Of a stretch of 64,000 nt of DNA, positions 26,601-39,700 are shown piece by piece. Position 1 is the stretch's first letter. Every line of letters starts with the position of its first letter. Below the pieces are notes generated by a model, which did no database searches, was not told where the DNA came from, and was given only the letters and a program-made list of their open reading frames with translations. Position numbers and translations under genes: made by a program. The stretch comes from Phoronis australis. Its lineage: Eukaryota > Animalia > Phoronida. The DNA is taken from assembly GCA_002633005.1 (NCBI GenBank), contig NMRA01000187.1, positions 429,740-493,739 of the forward strand, given 5' to 3'.

Positions 26601-29600
26601 TTAGCCATCGAGAAATTTGAGCACCTGCGATTAAATGGTGTTATGGGCATGCCGATGAGGAGATCGGAGGGAGTGAAAAAGTCGGAGCTTTTTGCAAGTT
26701 GCATTTTTGTTTCAGTTTTTGATTCTGTGCGGATTGTTTATAAAATTTACTAAAATTACCCACCATCAAACATTTATGGCCCAATGAAACAACGACCTGT
26801 AAATTTTTATTTTTTTGCAGTACGACCACCAGCCATTTTGAATTTAAATCAAATGCAACCACCCATAAATTTTCATTTCAGTTGCCTTCCCCCCCCTCCC
26901 ATACAGATTTTACTGGAACAGCCCTAAGTCATTCAGGTTTTCTCAATGCAGGTGAATGCTAAACCAAGATGCAAGTCCTTTGTCGGGCCAAAATATCTTT
27001 TTCTATTGTTTCATTGTTTCATGGGAACAGTAATTAACACAGAAATGTCTATGCAAGATAACCAAGGATCTGCAACTTTACCAACATTAAAAACGGTTGC
27101 TTGCCCCTCTAAACACCCACTGTTTGTCACCATCCACTCACTTCTTAGTTTAGAGCCATAGTTGCGAAGGCATGCTTTTAAGTGTGGAAAATAACATCAG
27201 TTCAGCATTTGAGTAGTTGAAAATGAAACTTATCAAGACAAACGCAGTCCCAAAATTTTGTTCTACACCTAAACAAGTTCATTTTTAACAAATCTGTCTT
27301 TGGTCACCTTTTTGACAAACAAGCTCTGTACACGTTCACTTTGTTCAGATAGGCAGCGTGGTCACACACCACTGTGCAAATGAGAGATGGAGTTAGTTTT
27401 CCATGTGTGCAAATCAATCTGTCATTCGAACAGATCAATATGACCTCGCTGAAAGAAGTGAACATGGTTGGAAGAGAACAACACTGATGTTAAGATTGAC
27501 TAACAACCCTACGGCTCACTAGCGGAGACACAGCTAGTGCAGTGTTTCAGTTTGTGGCCCGGGAGCTCAAAACGACGCAAAAGAATAAAGTTCAAGATTC
27601 AACTGTCAAAACTGTCTATAAAGAAAAGAGGATTCCACACTACCGTGATTTCCTCGAAATTCCTTAACAAATACGATGAAAATGCACTTGTAGGCATCAC
27701 TGCAACTGTTTAAGATTTTGTAGGACCTTAGAAAAACATCCAACTTTGGCCAAATTGAAATATCGCATCTCAGATAAGGTTGACTGGATTCAGATGAAAC
27801 CAATGTTATTGATCCTGTTGTTTTGCTATAATATACCTTTCTTTTTAATCGCTAAATTTTCCAAAAAAGCACGGTCATGTGACCGACTTAGTGACAGGTT
27901 GGCATCAAGTCAAAAATCAAATAAAATTTCTACTTTCACAAAAAAGATACTTCTACTGTGATAAAGTCTATAGTGTTGTAGATATTTTGCTAAAAGTAAG
28001 GACATGTCACTAAGGTCCTCCATAACATCTACGTAGCAGCAGTCACATGTTCCCGAATAACCCTCAGCCAAACAACTAGTAAGTTAACGTACCTCGGTTT
28101 CAATCTTGTCCGTGACAGTTTTCATTTCTTGCGACAGAGTGCTAACTTGCGAGTTAAGTTCCGTCGCAGCTGTGAGGGTTGGTTTAAAGTTGTCATATTT
28201 ACTAGCGAGCACTTCGCTGACATCAACCTTGAGCTGGGATATACGGCTGGACAGTTTTCCAAGATGATTGGTCACTTCCTCCTTTTGCAGTTCACCTGGA
28301 AAGAGAAAAACAGATCACAGTCATAAATAAACCCATTAAATTGATCGAGTAACAAAATACCTACGAGGTGTAAGTTTGTTCAGGCTTTAGATGCCTCTTT
28401 TTGATAGGTTTGTAAGGAAAAACACTTGCTATAATCTTGTCAATTTAAGACACAATAAACATGTGAAATTAATTTATTATATTTTTAAAAAAGACAAGTA
28501 ACACCAAATGAATGTTCTTTTTGTTATTTTTAGGTTCCATACTATAGCCACCAACACATACTGTTTTGAGAAATTGAGGGCATTCAGAACAATGTTAGGA
28601 GACTTTGAAAATGAAAAAGATTCTTATTTTTATTACAAATTGGCGAGACTTTAGAGTAGCACATAATATAGAGAGTGCAATACGAAGGTCTGAGGTAATC
28701 TGGCATTTTCGTAATTAGACTTGAAATGACTTTAATCATCTAAATATTAATTGAAAAATTCCAAGTGCTTCAAAAAGTTCAAGAAATTAGGTTTTCATAA
28801 TGCTTTAAGGTTTAGTCTTTCAAGTACAAGTTTCAAGATCTCTGATAAGCCAGATCAGCTGAGAGAATACCATGCAAAAGCACTGCACTTAAAGTGAAAT
28901 GTTTAGCCATGAGAATTCATTCACTGATGAATGTAGGATGTGGAGGGGGGTGGGTGAGGGGGGGAGAGGACAAAAAACACAAAATTTTCAAGAGTCAGTT
29001 TTCTTGTAGTCCTTTTTAGTCATACCAAATAAGCAATAAGTGACAGTCAAACAGGTGTATCTATTAATCTGATGAGCATAACAGAACTGGTAGGTGCACC
29101 CAAAAGCACTGCGCATTACAAAGCAAAGTTTCCGTGCACAAAATATTACGTGCAGTATTTCACCTTTTTTGCTGGTTCAAATTGAATTAAGCCCAAAGCT
29201 CTCACAGAATCGGTCTCACAGCAATCCTTACCACAATATGGTTCTATTTCCATTACCAATAACAACATTAAAACCATCAGCAACTCAAGAAAATGTTTCA
29301 GAGTGTATTAGGGTTCGCCAATCCTAAAATTGCAGTTTCGAAAATGGCACTTGTACACATTGCCAGTGACTCAAGTTGCGAGAAAGGGACATTATTAGCC
29401 AGTTAAACTGAGCAAAATACAGATTTAATCGTAGGAGCTTATCACAATCTTTTTAGAGCCTTTCATACACTATAATATGTCCATTCACACATGAAGCACT
29501 TGTCGATTGCTAGCTAACCTGTGATCGGCAGCTATCCAACCTTCAATTGTGATCATTCACAGACTGCCACATTTGAATGATCCCAATCTCAGGTCATAAA

Positions 29601-30225
29601 ACTGTCAATAAAAGAGCTGCTATAGCAATCATTAAATGCGGCGCCGAGATTGAAAACATCGCAAGACTTAACAAAACTTTATGGCTTTCTGATACTGTTG
29701 AGACACGTGACTTCTGGGTGTGACATGAAGTCGTATAATGCCTCTCTAAATCCCTTGTCAAGCGGTCATTGCCTCTAAGATTTGAATGATTTGGGCACTT
29801 GGCCCCCGTGCGAGAATCTCTGGTTTAAGTCTCGGTGTAGGCAGATTTTTTTACAATGGCGCCCAGCAATGGTAGAACCCACAACCAGACAGGATGTCAG
29901 CACTCCTCTGACTTAGGGCAACCCAGAGTCACGCTCCACCAACCTCGTCACTCGACGTCAGAAAACCAGACCAGAGAACTGCTTGACCTGGGGAGAAGTC
30001 GGCACCCTTGATCCACAGAAGGGATAAAAATGATCAGATAGGTTACTCTTCTGCATAGTCTAAGGCTATATCAGTAAAATATATGTCACATGTGAATTGT
30101 GTGCAGTGCTAAGACTAAGTCTAAAACAAGTATGTCGGTATGCCATACCGGCGGTATGGTCTCACACTGTCAGACAGTGTCACTGTACCTGCAGTAGCCA
30201 AAATTTCATTCACAAAGGACGCCAT
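20637..30225 (-). CDS. ZW10: Centromere/kinetochore protein ZW10 homolog (RZZ and NRZ complex subunit; ~741 aa, 7 coding exons)
   Basis: Exons (minus) 30225-30189, 28295-28093, 25345-24270, 23846-23671, 22858-22649, 22120-21986, 21025-20637, all in phase. Diagnostic segments: [49 protein letters not shown], and [16 protein letters not shown]...[24 protein letters not shown]. Confidence 0.96.
22125..22379. repeat. Tandem repeat, ~62-bp unit x4, in ZW10 intron 5
   Basis: Unit atccaaacaacagaatataccgtatcgccttggtaaaagctcaggagtttgtaattgaggag repeated head-to-tail, nearly identical. Confidence 0.95.
23298..23352. repeat. Near-perfect palindrome (27-bp arms, 1-nt centre)
   Basis: agttcatggttcagttgtactgttttc-t-gaaaacagtgcaactgaaccatgaact; one mismatch. 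Confidence 0.9.
26360..26927. mobile_element. MITE, possibly PIF/Harbinger-like, in ZW10 intron 2
   Basis: Inverted ends tctgtgtaaggggggggggggaaggca / tgccttccccccctcccatacaga..ctggaacagccc-taa; internal direct repeat aaatgcaaccaccc. The superfamily is a guess from the GGGC terminus and TAA flank. Confidence 0.5.
29200..29420. repeat. Partial copy of dispersed repeat family B
   Basis: aaaaccatcagcaactcaagaaaa...gaaaatggcacttgtacacattgcc aligns by eye with 34429-34530 and 58828-58895. Confidence 0.6.
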
Positions 30226-30783
30226 CGCATAGTTTCACGGTGGATAGAGATTTTGCTTTACCACGTCTGATCTGCATGGAAGTCCTCTGCGAACTCGGGA
30301 CTCCGCAGTAGTCACCGTCAGTCGTCACGGCGAGTCAACGAACGTGGCAAGCTTCTGCATAGAAAACGGAAATAGTCTTGAGGTGTTTCTCAATACAGTA
30401 ATATGAAACTGTTCACACAACGTGAATATATAGAGAAATCGTATACTGTGAATTGTGAATTGAATTTCCGCGGACAAGTAAATAATTGATAGAAATTGTG
30501 ATACCTGGGTGACTTCGTTCAAAACAGCGCCAAATGGACATGTGGCGTAACAATAACTATTTAATGAAAGATTTGGTAAAAAAATCAAATATTTGATTTA
30601 ATCAGTAGGTTTAAGTTGCTGATTAATAGATAATACATATATCGGAGCATAATTTTCATACAAATCAATTTAGCTTCGCAAATTGTTTGAAATTTAGATA
30701 AAATCCTGCAATACCGAATAACACTTGCTATTGCCAGCGCGCAGTGACAAATCATCCAAAGACTGCAAAAGAAAATAGGGAGT
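30226..30783. promoter_or_regulatory. Bidirectional promoter/5' UTR interval between ZW10 and SCFD1
   Basis: 558 bp separate the divergent ATGs at 30225 (-) and 30784 (+). Confidence 0.7.
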
Positions 30784-33700
30784 ATGGCGTGGTCTATGAG
30801 GGATAAACAGTGCTGTAGGTGAAATGATGCTCATAAAAGTGGTCTTTTATTTACTTTATTAGACAGTGCCACCGTCTGTACCTAGCAGTAGAGACGGTGG
30901 TCCTTCCATAGGGCCTTCATATGCTGGAAACTTTTCGGCGAATTATGCCTCATTGACCGACCCACTGTCCCACGGCACTGGCACTGATTAATCAAAGTCA
31001 CGTTGCTATTAAAGTACCGTTTGTGCATAGAGGGACACCTTAGGAGATTGTCAATGTCTTTCATTCTTTCCAACTTGAACAACTACTCCCGTATTCAAAA
31101 TTTTTTCAAGCAGTCCTTCGATCAGTTGCCCAAATCAGCCACTGGCAATTTTTGCAATCTTAGCGCGTTCTTGCCCTGACATATCCCCTGGTGCGAGCAG
31201 TGTAAAATTGGTCATTTACATTTTTCAACAATTCTTCAATCAGCCTTTTTCCACTAGGGCGTCTACAACTCATAACAAATTACTGGACTTTGTTTCACTT
31301 TTGATTTCAAGTTATTTTGTTACCAACAAACTGAATTTCTAAGCAAAGTTTGTGTGTGTGTTTGAAGTTGTCTTGTGAAAGAGGTCGCAAAGACAAACTT
31401 TTCTTTGTTTCTAATGTCTGAAAATTATACAAGCAAATAGTGTTCATTAGGTTTTTTAAGGGCTATAACATACAATATGAGTGTCGGTAATTGACTCTTA
31501 GATTTTGTATGCACCCCTTCCAGTTGTCAGGGTGTCATCCAAGATTTTAAAAATAGGGTGTCCAAAAAGGTTCCATAACCAATGATATATGACTCCGTTT
31601 TTATGACCCCAAGTGAAATTTTGATTATATTGTATATCATTATGGAGATATAGGTCAACAATAATGGAACCCACCTCTGGACCTGATCTGCAAAATTCAA
31701 GACTTTCATCAAGATTTTAATCAGAGAATGTAATGCCTGTATGCCTCTTCGAGGACTTGCAGTCCTCTCTGGGTCTCGTAGGTCTCTCCTTAATTGGCCG
31801 CCACTGTTGATTTCAACTCGTCCACACTTTTTTGGTTCAGCCAGGAATTGAACCAACGACACCCTGAAGCGAAGTCTAGCATTCAAACTGATTGGTCAAA
31901 GAGCAATTGCCCATTTGCGAGTGATCTAGAGAGACCTTGATAGTATGACAACAAGAAATCGTGTGATACAATGCGTAGTGCCGACTGTTAAGCACGTTCA
32001 CTTGGTGATCAAATGACATTAAAAAGATTATTCCAGAATTTCCCTTGCTTTATAAATCTCTGCCGATTGTTGAATTGGAATGGGATTATTACAATACTAA
32101 ATGATTGCAGCAATAATGATATCTTTCTAACTTAAACATTAGCACAATGAAACTTGTTTCAAATTTGCGATTGAGCTACATGAATCTAATATCTGTTTAC
32201 TTCAGCTGCTTTGAAGCGAATGATCAACTTCAATGCCAATGTTACCAAGAACAGTTCTGCCGAGCTACAGTGGAAGGTATAATAGCTTTGCTTGTAACAA
32301 TTTTTAATGTTCACTTCAAATTGTCTGACTAACTTCTTTTCTGGGATTATAGTGTATGCTTTCTCAGAAGTCACTAAACTTCGAGAAACATTGATTTGTG
32401 TTTTGTTCTGAAAAGTTTCTGCAAAATTAACTAAGCGCTTAGGGTTTGTAACATTGTTCTAAAAGGAATGAAACATTGATTGTGACTGACAATGTCTACA
32501 GTCCTCTTTGTAAAGTTATGACTCATTTTTTCAAATGTTTGAATTTTTTAATTTGCTTAGTATTCATTTGATATTGATTTTATCCTACATTTTTCAACTG
32601 TGGCTTCTTCCAAACTAGTGTGTGTTGTTTTTACAGGTGCTTATATATGACAGGGTAGGACAAGACATCATATCACCGTTACTATCTGTGAGGGAACTAC
32701 AGAGTATGGGCGTCACATTGCATTTGTAAGCTCAAATAATACATTATTAGTGTTTTCATGATAATATGAAGTTCTTTAATAATGGGCTCGACTTTCATCG
32801 AATAATCATTATTACATTCAACTACGGTACATGCAGAAAATGATCAGACTAATACCTTTCAACTTTTAGCAAAAAAAACTTTTTTTAATATCTATTTCTG
32901 GAAACTAAATTCACAACTGCTGTATGGAATCATTTTAAAAAGGATCTAGAAATATATTACAAAATGGAAAAGTTTAATTGTAGTTTTTTCTTTACATGGT
33001 AATTATGTTGTGTGCCTGGGGAATGAAAGGGAAAGTCAGTTATGGGAATGTGTCCGTCAGTTATGTTTCTGTAACGAAGAATTTAAAAGAAATAAAAACA
33101 TGCCTTTCCCCATTGTGGCGAAGTCCGTTTATATTCAGCTGTTATGAAGGGCCAGTGTGCCTGTGTTGAGCGGTCATCGATGGAGTATTCCAAGTCATTT
33201 TGTGTGATTTATTTGACGTGTAATATATGTTAACTGTCAGTTGAGACTGGTAAAGTGGAATATTTTTCTTGAAAGAAAAACGAATTTAGCTGAAATGTGT
33301 ACTGACTAACAATTACCTGATTCCACGCATGAGCTAAAACATCCCAGTATTCCTTCTAGTATTCAATCCCACTATAGTATAAAAGTAGTTGTCTTTTAAG
33401 CGATTCAGTAGTTAAAGGTTCTCCTTCTGATGCACGTTGGTAAAGCTTGTGGTTTGTTGTAGACTATAATGGTATTGGTAATACGTGGTTTGTGTTATTG
33501 AAATTTATGTCCAATTTTATCTGCAGATTGCTGCACACAGACCGTGATCCTATCCCAGACGTTCCTGCCATTTATTTTGTTATGCCAACTGAAGACAACA
33601 TACAGCGGATATGTCGGGTAATGAACGGTCTGCAGATTGACTTTTGTTATAGATGCGCATGTAAATAAGTTGGTAGAGGATGTTTTCATCTCTACATCAT

Positions 33701-36700
33701 TGGCTATACAAAAAATCCTTTCAATGTAAACATTTGTGCTATATCTTCAAATTTGCAATGGTATTAAATTTTGTAACTGATGTTGCCTTTGAATCAAATT
33801 GTTTTCCATTATTAATGCCCAATTTGCACAAAAAGTTCCTTCCTGTTATTAATAAAAATGCTTGTCCTTTGTTTTAAACCTAATTTTCATAAAAATCTGA
33901 TCAAAGCTTTCCTATACGAAATTGTCTACCTGACCACGAAATATTCATCATGCAATCAGTTGGCCTCAATGGGTATTTTCAAGAAATCAACATTGCCCTG
34001 TCGGGAGTGTTCCATAACCAATCTGTAATACATTTCAGGATTTACAAGACCAGCTGTATGAGTCGTTTTACTTCAATTTCATCTCAGCAATATCACGGCA
34101 GAAACTGGAAGATCTGGCCTCAGCAGCCATCCAGTCCCAGACTGTACCACAGATATCGAAAGTAGGCTTTTGATATTTTCTCAAAGCTTTCATAAAGTTC
34201 CATTTCGCCCTATTTAGCTGGCTATAAATGAAAGCGAGTTAGGTTTTTTACTCTCATCAAGTGGGTCTCATAATATTTCTCACTGTGATATGATTCTATT
34301 TCTGTTATCAGCCAGAATATTGTGAAACCATCTGCACCTAAACATTTCAGAGTGATTTAGAGTTGATCAACCATAGAATTACAAATTCGAATATGGCACA
34401 TACCTGTATCGCCTTTGATGGCAACCCTAAAACCATCAGCGACTCAAGAAAAAGTGTCCCGAGTTTATTTGGGTTGGTCAATACTAGAAGTGCAAATTTG
34501 AAAATGGTCATGTACACATTGCCTGTGACGTAGGTAATGGAAATGGAATCCTACCATGGTAAGGAATATTAGGCCGGTTTTAGAGGAGCTAATAAAAGGC
34601 CTGATTTATTTTGTTTTTAGCCAGCTAACAACAGGGTGAGATACAGCTGTAACACCTATCTGATTTAATATATGTGGGACGGGCTTTTTTAATTTATTAG
34701 CAGGGGCTACTTTGTCCATGAAATGATGTGTCCTCGCTTACATTGTCCAGCCTTTCAAAGACAGTAGATTTCTGCAATGATCGCTCATAACAAGAGAGTG
34801 ACACAAAAAGTGGACCTCATTCTCTATTCCTTTTGGTTTACAACCATTAACTAATTTATTTTTATATGGTTACATCCGGTGTAATTCTTGTTGATATTTC
34901 CGTTACTTTGCACTAAAGTTACTACCAAAGTTGACGTGGTGTTTTTGAAAGTTGGTTAACTTTCTACAAATGTTCATAAAAAGCAATAACCAAATATCGT
35001 TGTATTAACTGTGTTGCACAAACTGTGCTATTAACGAAGTAGAGTATTCTCGACAGTATTTTTGGGGAATATGACAAAATATAAAGTTCTAGATTTCTCC
35101 CTTTTGTATGCCAGATGGGTAAAGAAGTCTCCAACTTTCAGCCAAAAATTGGTTTTACGGTTTCTGAATACAGTTTTGAGGGATTTCTTTCGATTCATCT
35201 TCTGATTTGAGGTATCGTATTTAATCCCTTTAAGCATTGCTAACGTAAATCTGCACTGAGTGCTTCTTTGGTTGGTTGAAAGTTGCCAGCTTCTAATTAA
35301 GAGAAAATGAGAGTGAAACAGTTTGTAAAGCTCCATACCAAAAATACTGTAACCATAGAAAACAATTTGTGTTAACTTGCCTTATTGCACAACTCAATTT
35401 TCGGTGACGCTTTGGCAAATCAAATCAAATCTGGATGTTTCAAGGTATAAGTCATAGAACAGGGGTGGCGCTAAGTAGAGCTTTAATTACCTGTCAAATG
35501 GGCAGGTGCCATTCCTAGTTGCGTTTTTCATTGCTTCGGACTTTGTCTGTGTCCTCCAAACATTCTTAATGTACGTTGCAGTTGACTGCTAAATGAGATG
35601 TGCAATGTGTGCATCCTATTAAATTATAATAAGTTCCTCCATCAATGCCATCTAAATCTTTGACCTCCCTCACACTCAACTTTGACTCAGACTCCAAACT
35701 TATCTAGTTGTGCTGGATAATTTGAAAAAAGTTTTATGCTTACTCGAATCGTCTGAAGCAATTGCACAATTTTCATATTCAAGTTTGGAGTATGCCTGTG
35801 GACGCGGTGTTAATGTCAAACTATTCGTTAATTTTTTTCTTTATTTTTCAGGTCTTTGATCAATATTTAAATTTCACGAGCTTGGAGAATGACATGTTCA
35901 TCTTGTCTCACCCGGACAAGCAAGCTATTTCATACTATGGTAAGTTGTCATGGATTTATCCTGCCTGTGCTTTGTATATTCTGAATTGAATTCTGAGCAG
36001 GGCTCAGAGCTAGTATTAATGTAGCGATTAAAGTTTTAGCCAACGACTTGCTCAAGAAACTGCATAAGTAGTTCGATATGTCTTCTAATGTGTCGTACCT
36101 TGGTAGGACACACAACCTAACCTATTACACGAAAAACCTATAAGTGAAACTTGTGGGTGACTAAAATGAGTAAAATGCAAAATAAGAGACCTGCTGGTAT
36201 TAAAATGGCATGANCCACAGATTTACCCTGTGGTTTTTCCGCTTGATCCCAGACCGCCCCGAGTTGCTCCAGCATTCATCTCGGGGCGGTCTCTCACGAG
36301 GGCTAAGCGTTATGTGTGCAATATTGGTTTATTCTGCTGCCATATGACTCAGGGTCATTGGATAGACCCTTAAGGAAGGACTGTTTTTGCATCAGTCTTG
36401 TATACGGTTTTCAAAATGCTGTGTTTAGATCTGCCTACTCATCTAAGAGGAGTGTTGATGACACCAGGACAAACGAGAATTTCTCAAGGACTGGTTAAGA
36501 CATGTTTTTGACATTTTCTTTTAAAAGCATACATTTCATCAAATTATTGTACCTTATCTCTTGTGTCCTGTTGATTGTTTCATTCTAATTTTTGGATCTT
36601 TTACCAATTTTTTGTGAAAGTAACACCTGCTTTCCTTAACAGCTGTTGGTTTTTTCCAGCCATCAACAGAGGCGACGTGAAAGACACAGAAATGGAAGCA

Positions 36701-39700
36701 ATCATGGATACTATTGTGGACAGTCTGTTTTCAGTGTTTGTAACATTAGGTAAGAACATTTTTAATGTTAAAACGTTAAAACATTAGTTTTCTTTCAGTT
36801 GGGGTTGTTGTTTTCACGATGCAAACCCTTTTTTATTGCTTTATTTAGTATGAATTTTAGGAACCTTATAAAGTTGATTCTATGTGCGCAACACAAAATA
36901 CCCTTGAAAATTTTGTCTTTGAGCATCTTGTTGTGTGTCAGAGAAATATTAGCTGCACCTGATGTGGTTTGGTGATTACCGTTTGTTGAGCTCCTACCTG
37001 CAATACAGGTTTTAATGCGTATTGTATAATTCCTAGTGCAGTCAAACTCTTATAAGGAACTTTCGATTCATTAGTATTAGGCTTTGTAATGACTTCTTAT
37101 CACGAAAACTGACTCCATGTTTTTGCTCTACTTGAATCCTAGCACTGGTCTTTTTAATCGATTCTTTTTTTACATTTGCATCATTTTCTTCTTCTAAACC
37201 ACATACCCATGGCTATCACGTAGCTATGACCAGGTGAACAGCATTGTATAAAACTAATTTGATATAATTTATTGAAAACTTAACATGTGCTGTTCTTGTA
37301 AAATCAGGTACAGTCCCCATCATTCGGTGTCCTAGGAATAACGCTGCCGAAATGGTTGCGGAGAAACTTGACAAGAAACTTCGTGAAAACATCCGAGATG
37401 CACGAAGCAGTCTGTTTGCCTCAGAAGGCATGCAAGCCAGTGGGCAGTTCAGGTAAGGAACTGTTGACGATTATGGCCATTTCACATGTATTCAAACCCT
37501 ATTGTAACACCCGTGCCCCCCATGAAATATATAAAAATGTCGATATTTTACTCTGTGTATAATTTAAACTTCAGTGCTATTGTCCATCTGTATAATTGAC
37601 ACTGCTTTTCAAAAGCTAGAAATAAATGTTGACTTTCGTGTCTTTGCATAGCCATTTTATGACGTCAAAAGCTTGTGCTATGAGTAACCTTGTCTACTTA
37701 TGATAAATTTATTTATTAGAATCACGCAAGTACAGAAAAAGAAAAAAAGAATTAACATAAAAACACAAGAGTCCCTCTCTATAATGTACATTTTGTACGC
37801 TCGTGAACACGACTAAAATTGAAACAATTTTAGAGATTGTGTCAATTTTATCTGGCCTTGTCATTGAACATTTCTGAACAGGTTACATTGACAAACTCTC
37901 CGATCGTGCTTGGTCAACTTGTCAGATAATTGTTTTGCCAAAGGATTCCTAGCTTTTGCCATATAAGCAATAAAACATAAGAGTGAACTTAATATGTTGA
38001 AACTCGTCGACAGTAGTTTTTTTCTTTCCGACCTATTAGCTTCCATTACCACTGGAGACTACCTCAGCTTTCAGTACTGCGATTGCATTCATATCTTATT
38101 TCTCTACTTCCTGTTTGCTTTTTCATTCCAGCTTCCAACGCCCCCTACTGGTCATACTTGACAGGAATCAAGATTTGGCCACTCCCTTTCACCACACGTG
38201 GACCTATCAGGCGCTAGCACATGATGTACTGGTGAGTTTAGAGCTAAGAGATGGTGTGTTATTTCTTAATGGTAATGTACTCCAGTGGCGACATCTAGTG
38301 GGTGGTGTGCGGGTGCAGATTGGTCTCACTTACTGACTGTGACATAATGATGATAAACATTTTTAGGTGCTGAAAATTACGAATCACAAAACTTCAGGAC
38401 CCGGTTGCGTAAAACTTTTAGATAAAAATTATCCGCTGGACAAGTTTGTCGCATAATGTCTGTTGCGTTGTTTAACAATGGCAACGGAATGTGTGATTAT
38501 GCGACGTCATTGTTGCTATCCAGCACAGAATTTTTATGTAACCAGGCTCTGAAAACTTACTGAAATGTTTTCCTGATACTGCAGAGTGCTCTGACTCCTA
38601 ATAAAGATTGATGACTAACTGGTTCCCTCAAAAATTGTGTCGCTCTGTGCCGGTGTGATTTATCAGTTTTTGTATTTAGTGAGTCATTAATGGTTAATTC
38701 ATAATGTCCAAAATATTATAAATGTGTTTTGACACAGTGCTCTAGTGAACTTTAACCATCTTCAATAATGTTTTCTCATGTTCACAGCACGGTTAACTTT
38801 AATCAGTGACTGCGGTCATGGGCATCTTGAGTGTAGGGTTAAACAAAATGCGTTGCGTTATTCTTTGTGTGCGCAGGACTTAAAGTTGAATCGAGTGGTA
38901 ATTGAAGAGACTACAGAGGTGAAGTCGCCGGGCGGAGGTGCGCGGCCCAAGAAGGACCAGAAATCTTATGATCTGAACCCTACTGATAGATTCTGGATGG
39001 CACACAAAGGAAGGTAATTGTGGAACAAGTACAGCTAAATTTGTTGCGTTGAAATTTATATTGATGCAGTTGAAAATATTTATGGCCGAGATTTCAGTTA
39101 TCTGTCAAAGTCCAAGAATTTCACTTGGATCAGTTATAATCGAAGAACCGTGTACCGTTTATTGACCCCAGGTCTTGTTACTTCTCACACTTACAGACTA
39201 TCAGTTAATGCTACCAAAATTAGCTGCCTAATGGGAAATCTGATAACATTTTGTTAATACCCTGTATCGACCAAATACCAATTGGCCGGTTGACATGGCC
39301 AGGTCTAATAGAAAAATTGGTGTGATGGTTTATCACTATGCTGTTCTCAGGTCACTGAGTCAAAGGTGCGTAGCACTGGCTTTGTCATGACTCATCGGGT
39401 CACTAGTACTTTTCTTTGTCCCTTAGCTCCTTCCCAGAGGTTGTCACAACTCATCAGGTCACCGGTACTTTTCTTTTCCCCTTAGCCCTTTCCCAGAGGT
39501 TGCTGAGAAGGTTCAGGAAGAACTGGAATCCTACAGGGCCCAAGATACTGAAGTGAAGCGTCTTAAACACGCCATGGTAAGTAAGACATGCCTTTGAATG
39601 TTCTCATGTATGCTTGAAGATGTTTAGGAAGTCTCTAACTCAACAAGATAATATTTATTTTGTGTCATTTAAATCTTTAATCCTCTGTTTAATGTCAAAG

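Noticed and set aside
36251-36306. Helitron 3' end (hairpin plus CTAA)
   Set aside because: CTAA is not followed by T and no 5' TC end or second copy could be identified; a palindromic MITE is the simpler explanation.
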